Shown: positions 1 to 7,960 of the stretch, one piece after another | Numbering within the stretch: position 1 is the stretch's first letter | How the letters are laid out: the number at the start of each line of letters is the position of its first letter | From: an uncultured archaeon | GTDB lineage: Archaea > Asgardarchaeota > Hermodarchaeia > Hermodarchaeales > Hermodarchaeaceae | Assembly (NCBI GenBank): GCA_964347045.1 | Contig: CAYFXC010000014.1 | Coordinates: forward strand, 1 to 27,890 | Reading direction: 5' to 3' | DNA length: 27,890 nucleotides | Program-made: the position numbers and the translations under genes | Notes under the pieces: generated by a model | Databases searched by the model: none | What the model was told of the DNA's origin: nothing | What the model saw: only the letters and a program-made list of their open reading frames with translations

Positions 1-141
1 CCTCGGAATAATAACCGTAAACAACTGCGCCGACAATTGATTAGTGAGGAGGACTTGAAGGCATTTCTCCAAGCGTGTGGCAACGACCATCGGAGTGCCC
101 TAGTCGGAGCCATCCTATGGGAGACAGGCTTACGGGTAAGT
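1..141 (+). pseudogene. Truncated tyrosine recombinase/integrase (XerC/D-like) fragment, 5' part outside the window
   Basis: Frame from nt 1 reads PRNNNRKQLRRQLISEEDLKAFLQACGNDHRSALVGAILWETGLRVS, matching the L(S/T)xEE...L...TGxRxS box I with the catalytic Arg. Similarity stops at once and the frame runs into AT-rich promoter sequence with no HxxR or Tyr box II. Confidence 0.7.
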
Positions 142-149
142 GTGAATTA

Positions 150-172
150 CTTGATATATATTTATATACTAA
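150..172 (+). promoter_or_regulatory. Archaeal TATA-box promoter region for the cooS operon
   Basis: TATATATTTATATA at about 155-168, roughly 47-60 nt upstream of the cooS ATG. Confidence 0.5.
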
Positions 173-214
173 TCAAAAGCTTAGTTTCCGATTACCTCAA
201 AGGGATGGATATGA

Positions 215-2113
215 ATGGAAAAAAATGTAACAACAATAGATAAAGCAGTCAAACAAGTTCGCAGGGAGATCCCTCAAGAGGCAACTACAGTTTTTGATAG
301 GTACGAGGCCCAATTGCCCTTATGCGGTTTTGGCGAATTGGGTTTGTGCTGTAATAACTGTATGCAAGGACCCTGCAAGATTGACCCCTTCGGAGAAGAA
401 CCTACCAAAGGCTCGTGCGGAGCCACGGCGGATACAATGGTTGCGAGGAACTTCGTACGATCTTTAGCCGGAGGCACAAGCGCTCATCTAGACCACGCAC
501 GCCATACACTAGAAGTCTTGGTGAAAGCGGCTAAGGGTCAGGCTCCATATTCCATTAAGGATGAAGGTAAACTCAAGGGTCTTGCTGGAAAGCTTGGAAT
601 TGACACGTCATTGCCCACGAAGGAGATGGCCCTCAAATTCGCTGAAGCAGCGGAAAAGAACTTCACAGACTTGCATGGACCACTAGCCTGGTTGACATTG
701 CATGCACCAGAAAAATGCCAGGAAACGTGGATGAATCTTGGAGTTACGCCTATGAATGGGCCCTTGGATATTGTGGAAGCGATGCATAGAACAACGATGG
801 GAGTAGATGCTGATCCCGTCAACCTCATTCTAGGAGCTATTAAGCTTTCCTTGGTCGACGGCTATGCGGGACTCCAATTAGCAACTGACCTTCAAGACAT
901 TCTGTTCGGCACTCCCCAGCCAGTAGTATCTGAAGCGAATCTTGGGGTAATCAGAGAAGATGCCATAAACATTGTAGTGCACGGTCATGTTCCGCTACTA
1001 AGTGAGAAGATAGTTGAATGGGCTGGCAAACTGGATGACACAGGTAAGAAAGCAGGAGCTAAGGCTGGCATTAATGTCGTAGGAATCTGTTGTAGTGGCA
1101 ATGAAGTACTGATGCGCCAAGGGGTGCCTTTAGCCACCAATTATCTGGGTCAAGAGTTTGTTATCGCCACAGGTGCAGTTGATCTCATTGCAGTTGATGT
1201 GCAATGCATAATGCCTTCAATTGTGGATATGGCAAAATGTTATCACACAAAAGTGATTACAACCTCGCCCATAGGCAAGATTCCGGGAGCTGATCACTTA
1301 GAGTTTTCTGAAGAGAAAGCAGATGACATTGCAAGAAACATCGTTGAGAAAGCTATTGAGAACTACGGGGACCGAGATCCAACTAGAGTAAGTATTCCGC
1401 AAGAGAAATCTGAAATGATGGGGGGCTTTTCAGCAGAGGCACTGATATCTGCACTTTCGAATCTGGATTCAAAAGATCCTCTTCAACCTTTAATCGAGAA
1501 TATAGCTAATGGTAACATTCTTGGAGTAGTCGGAATCGTTGGATGCAATAACATAAAGGTTACGCAAGACTCTCTCCATACTGCGATTGCCAAGGAGCTC
1601 ATCGAGAACAATGTCCTAGTTGTTGGTACAGGCTGTTGGGCGGTTGCCGCCGCTAAGGCAGGCCTCATGGCACCAGTAGCTACAGAACAGCATGCTGGAA
1701 ATACTCTAGCTGCAGTCCTATCAGCTATTGGAAACGCCGTAGGACTAGATAAACCCCTACCTCCGTGCCTTCACATGGGGTCATGCGTAGACAACAGTCG
1801 TATTCATCAAGTATTAGCTGCATTGGCTGACAAACTAAAAGTAAGCATCAGTGATTTACCAGTGGTAGCTTCGGCTCCTGAAGCAATGACTGAGAAAGCC
1901 CTGGCTATTGGCACTTGGGCTGTTTCGATTGGGCTACCTGTTCACTTAGGCGTAGTGCCGCCAGTCCTTGGTAGCAAGTTAGTAACAGAGCTGCTAACGA
2001 GTACAGCTGAAGACCTTCTCGGTGGGAAAGTCGTAGTGGAGCCAGATCCAAAGAAGGCTGTCCAGTTTATGATCGACCATATTAAGAAGAAGCGGCAAAA
2101 ACTGGGGATTTGA
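215..2113 (+). CDS. cooS: Anaerobic Ni,Fe-carbon monoxide dehydrogenase catalytic subunit (monofunctional CooS type)
   Basis: 632 aa. D/B-cluster motif CGFGELGLCCNNCMQGPC...GSCG, catalytic SAHLDH, C-cluster ligands HGH, GICC, DVQC, GCNN, GTGC, GSCVD, and catalytic Lys in MTEKA. Confidence 0.97.
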   Translation: MEKNVTTIDKAVKQVRREIPQEATTVFDRYEAQLPLCGFGELGLCCNNCMQGPCKIDPFGEEPTKGSCGATADTMVARNFVRSLAGGTSAHLDHARHTLEVLVKAAKGQAPYSIKDEGKLKGLAGKLGIDTSLPTKEMALKFAEAAEKNFTDLHGPLAWLTLHAPEKCQETWMNLGVTPMNGPLDIVEAMHRTTMGVDADPVNLILGAIKLSLVDGYAGLQLATDLQDILFGTPQPVVSEANLGVIREDAINIVVHGHVPLLSEKIVEWAGKLDDTGKKAGAKAGINVVGICCSGNEVLMRQGVPLATNYLGQEFVIATGAVDLIAVDVQCIMPSIVDMAKCYHTKVITTSPIGKIPGADHLEFSEEKADDIARNIVEKAIENYGDRDPTRVSIPQEKSEMMGGFSAEALISALSNLDSKDPLQPLIENIANGNILGVVGIVGCNNIKVTQDSLHTAIAKELIENNVLVVGTGCWAVAAAKAGLMAPVATEQHAGNTLAAVLSAIGNAVGLDKPLPPCLHMGSCVDNSRIHQVLAALADKLKVSISDLPVVASAPEAMTEKALAIGTWAVSIGLPVHLGVVPPVLGSKLVTELLTSTAEDLLGGKVVVEPDPKKAVQFMIDHIKKKRQKLGI

Positions 2114-2129
2114 CGGAGGGACTCAATGT

Positions 2130-2855
2130 ATGGTAGCTCGGACTATAATTGCGGACCCTGAAAAATGCCAAGCGTGCAGAATCTGTACATTCCAATGCGC
2201 TGTGACCAAGTCCGATGGGAAAACCTTACTTGCAGCCATTCAAGAGGGCGTACCACCACGAATCAGGGTCATTGGTAACGTATTGGCAATTCCGAATATC
2301 TGCAGGCATTGTGAGAGTATTTGTATCTCGAACTGTCCTGCAGAGGCGATTCGAAGAACCACCGAAGGAGTTGTACGAATTGACGATGACAAATGCATCA
2401 AGTGTCTTCTGTGTCTATCTGCTTGTCCATTTGATGTCATTAAAGTCATGGAAAATACTGTGACTAAATGCGACCTATGCTATGACAGATTAGCCGAGGG
2501 AGAGATACCCGCCTGTGTGGAAAGCTGCCCGATATCTAGGGCACTGGCATTTGAGGAACCGGGAATTATGACTAATCGAAGATTCATCCTCAAGAAAGGG
2601 TTTAAGGCTCCACCCCGTCGACATGATATGAATGTGATGGCATTAAAGATGCCTCAGCAGATTTTTGATCGAATATCAAACATTCGTAAATTAGCTAGAC
2701 CTTCCAAAGTTTCTTCTGCTACGATGAGGAAGAGAGAGGAGTTCACGCTGCCACCGATTCCTCCTGATGCTTTCGATGAACTGGAAAAAATCATTAGTAC
2801 TACTGAGGTAGCTGGAAGGATAGCTAAAGTGAAGATCTGGAAGAAGGAGGACTAA
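2130..2855 (+). CDS. cooF: CooF/DmsB-like four-[4Fe-4S] electron-transfer protein with a C-terminal HdrC-like tail
   Basis: Motifs CQACRICTFQC, CRHCESICISNCP, CIKCLLCLSACP and CDLC...PACVESCP. GGAGGG RBS at 2116-2121, 16 nt after the cooS stop. About 100 extra aa follow the last Cys motif. Confidence 0.85.
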   Translation: MVARTIIADPEKCQACRICTFQCAVTKSDGKTLLAAIQEGVPPRIRVIGNVLAIPNICRHCESICISNCPAEAIRRTTEGVVRIDDDKCIKCLLCLSACPFDVIKVMENTVTKCDLCYDRLAEGEIPACVESCPISRALAFEEPGIMTNRRFILKKGFKAPPRRHDMNVMALKMPQQIFDRISNIRKLARPSKVSSATMRKREEFTLPPIPPDAFDELEKIISTTEVAGRIAKVKIWKKED

Positions 2856-2858
2856 TCG

Positions 2859-3749
2859 ATGTCTCAGAAGTTTAGTTTGTTCCCTGGTTGCATAGTCACT
2901 GGAAGATACCCTCATTTAGAGAAAGCCTCTAGACTAGTTGCCAGTCACTTCAATATAGAACTTATTGACATGAATTCCGTCACATGTTGTCCTGAGCCCT
3001 TTAGTATGCAGAATATTAGCCCTTTAACGCATCTATCGATTGCTGCCCGAAACATTAGTGTCACTGAAGAGATGGGATTAGATATGATGGTGTTGTGTGG
3101 TGGATGTCTTAGCACCTTGTTCCATGCAAATACAGCTTTGAAGAATAGCTATCAACTAAAAAACCTAGTGAATGACGTTATTGGAGAGGCTGGTCGAAAG
3201 TATAAGGGAGTGTCGGATGTAAAACACATCTATCAAATTTTGATTGAGGATGTGGGAATCCAAAGAATAAGAGAGAGTGTGAAGAAACCTCTCCGCGAAG
3301 TGAAAGTGGCAGCTCACTATGGGTGTCACTTGATGGATATTGCATTTTCAACAACTCTTGATGAACCAAATCAACCAATGGGTTTTGAAAAATTAATAGA
3401 AGCGATCGGAGCGCAGAACGTACCTCATGACAAACAACACGTCTGTTGCGGAGGGCCTATGCGTGACATCAATGATGACATTTCCAGATCCGCTTTGGTA
3501 GGAAAACTAGATGCTCTTAATATGGCTGGTGCAGATTGTATCGCCGTTCTTTGCCCTCTTTGCTACATGCAGTTCGATTCGGGTCAGTTAGTAGAACAGA
3601 GGAAGACCGGCAAAGAGTATAACATTCCGACGTTTTACTACACAGAACTTTTGGCTTTAGCATTAGGCTATTCAGAAAAGGAAATTGGGCTTACGGAACA
3701 TAGAATCACAAAGGGCCTCGAAGAAATAACTAAGAGCATCACGGCATAA
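2859..3749 (+). CDS. hdrB: Heterodisulfide reductase subunit B family protein (two CCG domains)
   Basis: FPGC, CCPEP, AARN, CGGC, HYGCH, CCGG, CPLC..QFD..Q and IP..YY.ELL.LALG motifs. AAGGAGG RBS lies inside the end of the upstream gene, with a 3-nt gap. Confidence 0.93.
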   Translation: MSQKFSLFPGCIVTGRYPHLEKASRLVASHFNIELIDMNSVTCCPEPFSMQNISPLTHLSIAARNISVTEEMGLDMMVLCGGCLSTLFHANTALKNSYQLKNLVNDVIGEAGRKYKGVSDVKHIYQILIEDVGIQRIRESVKKPLREVKVAAHYGCHLMDIAFSTTLDEPNQPMGFEKLIEAIGAQNVPHDKQHVCCGGPMRDINDDISRSALVGKLDALNMAGADCIAVLCPLCYMQFDSGQLVEQRKTGKEYNIPTFYYTELLALALGYSEKEIGLTEHRITKGLEEITKSITA

Positions 3750-3817
3750 CACTCCTGGTGATCTATTCGTACGTGCTATCTTCCACAAGACAAGAGATGC
3801 CACAATTCTGAACACTG

Positions 3818-4130
3818 TTAGCTATTCATGAAGTAGTGCCAGATATATTCACGTGTTTTCTTTAAGCCAACCTTTTCAGCTACACCAATAGATTCATAGT
3901 TTTCGATGTTGGTGTGCCAGCCGACCTGAGAATAACCATGTGAGAGGGCATAGTCAACCGTGGCGGCGGCTGTGATAGTGGCGAGTCCGCGTCGTCGATA
4001 TTCCGGGTGCGTTCGTATGCCAATTTCACACGCACTTCCACTAACACAATCTGTCAGACTCCATGATACAACTTTGTTACCATGCAGCGTGCAGAATCCA
4101 AAACCACGTTCAAAAAAACCTGTGAATGGC
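3818..4130 (-). pseudogene. GNAT acetyltransferase, C-terminal part only (probably 5'-truncated)
   Basis: FFERGFGFC...SWSLTDCVSGSACEIGIRTHPEYRRRGLAT...VGWHT...N.ES..VAEKVG is a GNAT acetyl-CoA-binding region. The residues upstream in the called ORF (to 4213) do not look homologous. Confidence 0.6.
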
Positions 4131-4220
4131 GTCAGTATGTCTGGACTCCTGACTAGAAATTTAAGTAAATTGGACATCCTTACAAAGATTCCATGTCTTG
4201 AAACGAATCCCAAAAACTGA

Positions 4221-4556
4221 TTACAACTCTTGGAACACTACCTCGTTCAAGAGCTCTCCATCTAATTCTTTATCACTAGCCTCAATTTCATAATAGCTCA
4301 CTAGCGAATAATCGAAGACGACTCGAAATGTGTCACCACCACATTTCCTACATGGCTCTTTAGCCGAATTAGACTAAAAGAACTCTTGATTCAACTCAAA
4401 TGGAGGCTCCCACTAGAACTCCTTCAATCCCATTTCACCCAACTCCACTCTCATCGGAAATAGAGCAACTGGTTCAAAAAAGTAGTTCTAGTTTGTCTTT
4501 CCTCTGCCCGTTAGGGTAATAAACCATAAGTCACAAATGACGATAGTGGTGGGCAT
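4221..4556 (-). pseudogene. Degraded reading frame with a CxxC zinc-ribbon-like motif, interrupted by three TAG codons
   Basis: ATG 4556 to TAA 4221 is 112 codons, with TAG at 4490, 4415 and 4376. Contains EPCRKCGGDTFRVVF and an acidic tail. Confidence 0.35.
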
Positions 4557-4891
4557 AAGCAAAAACGGTTATAGCCGCCGTGCCGTTGGGCAAGGTAGGC
4601 ATGACACCAGCTAGATTCAAGAACCGACTGCACCTCGCCAAAGAAGTGAAACGGGATGCATCACTGTTCAAAATATTTTTAGACCACTGTCAATCTCACA
4701 TGGTAGATGCCTGCGTGCAGGTGTTCACGCGCATCTTCGGAAATTTTCAGCTATGTCTCAAAAATCTCAATATATAGTTCCAAAAGATTTATTTAATTAA
4801 ATTAGATTGATTCGCGGAAATCTTCCTCATGCGATTATGTGTATTTTGATCGTTGATGGGTAATTCAAGTGGAAATTGAGAGAAAAAATCA

Positions 4892-5587
4892 ATGAGTCAG
4901 CTCGAAAAGAAACAGATTCAGTTAACTACTTCCCAATTGAAAGAATTCGACGGAAAGGAAGGAAGACCGGCATATATCGCCTACAAAGGAGTAATTTATG
5001 ATGTCTCCAAGAGCCCTTTATGGAAGAAAGGGAACCATCCAGGGGCACATACCGCTGGTAATGATTTGACAATGAGTATTATGAATGCACCTCATACTGA
5101 AGAATTATTGATGAAGTTTGAAGTTGTTGGTGAACTAATTCAAGAAGGATATACTAGACAGAAATTTGTGAACAGGATACAGAAGCTTCATATGCATTCT
5201 ATGGTAGTTCACTTTTCTCTCGCATATTCGGTCATTGTGCCGCTACTGGCTTTTCTATTCTTATTGACTCGTGAAGTTTTTTTCGAATTTGCATCGTATT
5301 TCATGTTATTGCTTGGCCTATTGGCAGGACCAGTTGCAGGATTTTCTGGGATTTTCAGCTGGAAAGTTACTTATGAAAGTCGTATGACTAAAGTATTTTC
5401 ACGGAAAATATTACTTACTTTTGTGCTCGTGCTAGTCATTTTTTTAGCGTTTGTATGGCGAACATTGGATCCAAATATTCTAATAAATACAACCAGTATG
5501 AGCTTTGTTTATTTGGCTTTAAGCATAAGCCTTGTGCCTCTAAGTGTGATGCTTGGGAATTATGGAGGAAAAATAGTATTTCTCTGA
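4892..5587 (+). CDS. Cytochrome b5-like heme/steroid-binding domain fused to a 4-TM DUF2231-like membrane domain
   Basis: L.EFDGKEGRPAYIAYKG.IYDVS.S.LW..G.H...H.AG.DLT.....APH (cyt b5-like), then H.MVVHF and four hydrophobic helices ending in G.YGGKIVF. Confidence 0.85.
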   Translation: MSQLEKKQIQLTTSQLKEFDGKEGRPAYIAYKGVIYDVSKSPLWKKGNHPGAHTAGNDLTMSIMNAPHTEELLMKFEVVGELIQEGYTRQKFVNRIQKLHMHSMVVHFSLAYSVIVPLLAFLFLLTREVFFEFASYFMLLLGLLAGPVAGFSGIFSWKVTYESRMTKVFSRKILLTFVLVLVIFLAFVWRTLDPNILINTTSMSFVYLALSISLVPLSVMLGNYGGKIVFL

Positions 5588-5612
5588 GACTTTAAGTAAT
5601 AGGTGATGAATT

Positions 5613-6314
5613 ATGATGAAGAAAAAAAAGGGACAAGCTCGAGAGAGAGAACTTGAGGAGATAGCTGAACTTCTATCAATTGGAATTGCCCATGAAAGAG
5701 AATCCTTTAGCTTTTACCAAAAAGCATATGGAAAATGTCTAACTTCATGCGAATCGCCATCGGTTCAAAAAGCCCTTTCCGCTTTATTAGAGACAAAAAA
5801 ACATCACGAAGAAGAATTGCGAAAGCTCCTAAATACAATTAATCTCGAATTAATGAAAATACGAGCCCATACAATAGAAAAGTCTACTGTGATAAAGGCA
5901 TCACCCGAAGATGTATTTACATTTTTAACAGATCGTACAAAAGTGCCAGAATGGAACGAGTTAATTAAAGAAGCCAGGATCACTTCAAAGGAACCTATTG
6001 GGGTCGGATCAACTGTTCACTATGTTGGAGTGGCAGGGGGAACTCAAGCTGAATGGGATATTGAAACAACAGAGTGGATACCTAGCAAAAAATATGCATG
6101 GCGCACAACTTCAGGTGACGTTTCAATGATTGTAACCTGGACTCTAAGAAAAGTGGAAGCCGGTACTGAACTCACATATGAATTGCGATATGTTTTACCA
6201 TATTCAATTCTCGGAAAGATCTTAAATAAACTGAAGGTTAGCAAGGATATGAAAAAAGGGATGGCAAAGGCTTTGCAGAATCTGAAAGAACTTTTAGAAA
6301 AAAACTCCACCTAG
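5613..6314 (+). CDS. Fusion of a rubrerythrin/ferritin-like helix pair with an SRPBCC (START/CoxG-like) domain
   Basis: N-terminal LL..GI.HERESF.FY...L..L.E.KKHHE..L helix pair. C-terminal IEKSTVIKASPEDVF.FL.D....PEW...IGVGS...GTELTY...L.NLKELLE is SRPBCC. AGGTGA RBS at about 5600. Confidence 0.75.
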   Translation: MMKKKKGQARERELEEIAELLSIGIAHERESFSFYQKAYGKCLTSCESPSVQKALSALLETKKHHEEELRKLLNTINLELMKIRAHTIEKSTVIKASPEDVFTFLTDRTKVPEWNELIKEARITSKEPIGVGSTVHYVGVAGGTQAEWDIETTEWIPSKKYAWRTTSGDVSMIVTWTLRKVEAGTELTYELRYVLPYSILGKILNKLKVSKDMKKGMAKALQNLKELLEKNST

Positions 6315-6597
6315 GCTAATCCGCACACTATTCCAAGTAAACTCACCAAAAGTCAAATCCTGGTTTACTCTTCTCCAATCGATTTTCTACAATTGGATTG
6401 AAGCCATGAAAAGAACCAGTATTTTCGTTTTGCACGAACCCGGAAATATGTTAACTTCTTGTGCTCTGTATGAATGACCGCGTCTTAGCATCATCTGCTT
6501 GCCTTTTTTGAGTAGGTGAGCTCGGTTCCTAAAAACTACCACATTTATATTCCGTAGCAACCCAGAATCCCCCGGAGCTGATGGCATACCACGCAAG

Positions 6598-7608
6598 ATG
6601 GGCTTGGGATACGCAACGAGAACGGTGGGAGGGCTGCTCGAGCCATTCACCTACAAACCGCCCAAACTGGGGGAACATGATGTCTGTGTCTCGGTCACGC
6701 ACTGCGGTTTGTGCCATACCGACATCCACGCCATCGACGACTACTACGGAATAACCACCTTTCCCTTTGTCCCTGGTCACGAGATTGTTGGGCACGTGTC
6801 GGATGTGGGCCACGCGGTATCTGACTTGAAGGAAGGAGACCGAGTTGGTATAGGCTGGCAGGGCCGTTCTTGCATGAAATGTGAGTGGTGCTTAAAGGGC
6901 GAAGAACAGCTCTGCCTGGACATTGTCGCGTCGGGAACCTGGGTTCCCTATGGTGGTTTCTCGTCGTCTGTCCTTGTGGATAGCCGCTTTGCCTACCCAT
7001 TGCCTAACGCCATGCCCTCCGAGGTGGCTGCGGTACTCATGTGTGCCGGGATTACAGTTTACTCCCCACTCCGATCATACGCAGTGCAACCCGCTCAGAA
7101 AATTGGCATCATCGGCGTAGGAGGGCTGGGCCATCTTGCATTACAGTTCGCCAGCGCTCTCGGCTACGAAGTCACCGCCATTTCCTCCTCTCCAGAGAAG
7201 AAGAAGCAGGCGCTTGCCTTCGGCGCAGACCACTTCATCGTTTCGAACGACCAGACAAGCTTGCGGCAGGTTGAGTTCGGCTTCGACTTATTGTTATGCA
7301 CTGCCTCCGGAAGAATCAATTGGGAGCCGTTATTGAACACCTTGAAGAAAAATGGGAGGTTCGTCCTTATCGGCTTCCCAGAGGTGGCGCTTAATCCAAC
7401 TGACCTTGTGGCACACCAACTATCGATTACCGGTTCCTTCCTTGGCAATCGAGCCACAATGCGGGAGATGCTCTCGTTCGCACAGACGCACGGCATCGTG
7501 CCCAAAGTGGAGTTGATGCCCATGACGGAGGTAAACGAAGCGATTCGGAAGCTGAAGGAGGGCAGGGTACGCTACCGAATCGTTCTATTCAACGATGACA
7601 CAAAATAA
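6598..7608 (+). CDS. Zn-dependent NAD(P)-dependent alcohol dehydrogenase (cinnamyl ADH/Ahr-like)
   Basis: CGLCHTD, PGHE, structural Zn motif CMKCEWC...EQLC, MCAG.T, GVGGLG and C-terminal RYRIV. Confidence 0.93.
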   Translation: MGLGYATRTVGGLLEPFTYKPPKLGEHDVCVSVTHCGLCHTDIHAIDDYYGITTFPFVPGHEIVGHVSDVGHAVSDLKEGDRVGIGWQGRSCMKCEWCLKGEEQLCLDIVASGTWVPYGGFSSSVLVDSRFAYPLPNAMPSEVAAVLMCAGITVYSPLRSYAVQPAQKIGIIGVGGLGHLALQFASALGYEVTAISSSPEKKKQALAFGADHFIVSNDQTSLRQVEFGFDLLLCTASGRINWEPLLNTLKKNGRFVLIGFPEVALNPTDLVAHQLSITGSFLGNRATMREMLSFAQTHGIVPKVELMPMTEVNEAIRKLKEGRVRYRIVLFNDDTK

Positions 7609-7636
7609 TTATGTTTCTTGCGAAAAATGTTGTTTT

Positions 7637-7843
7637 ATGCCAAACAATATTCCTATGGGGAAAGCTGTTGAATTATGCAGAGAGCATAGGGACAAGCATA
7701 AGGTTTGTATTTTCAGCCAATGTTGGGGTTGCCTGAAATATTCAAAAGAAGAACCCAGCAAAATGTGTTTTTCCAATGAAAGCAATCCTACAGAAAATCG
7801 TGGATTCAAATTTGTCAACAAAATATTCGATGAATCAGGATAA
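7637..7843 (+). CDS. Small Cys-rich hypothetical protein
   Basis: MPNNIP...ELC...C..SQCWGC.KYSK..P.KMC...NRG...VNK. ATG 7637 is preferred over 7595, which overlaps the ADH gene. Confidence 0.5.
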   Translation: MPNNIPMGKAVELCREHRDKHKVCIFSQCWGCLKYSKEEPSKMCFSNESNPTENRGFKFVNKIFDESG

Positions 7844-7960
7844 CATGCACTCAGGTGTTTCCTTTAACGTATTCTATCCATTTCAGTTGCCATCAAAAAA
7901 CAAAAAATCTGAATGACAATTCTTTTGACTCACCAGTTCCATGATATCTTTTGTGATAAT

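Noticed and set aside
141-156. TGTGA-N6-TGATA upstream of cooS, resembling a CooA/CRP box
   Set aside because: Only a partial match, the promoter looks archaeal, and no CooA/CRP gene is in the window.
37-243. 68-aa ORF as a real gene
   Set aside because: It is an integrase remnant reading through AT-rich promoter DNA (YLIYIYIL) and overlapping cooS.
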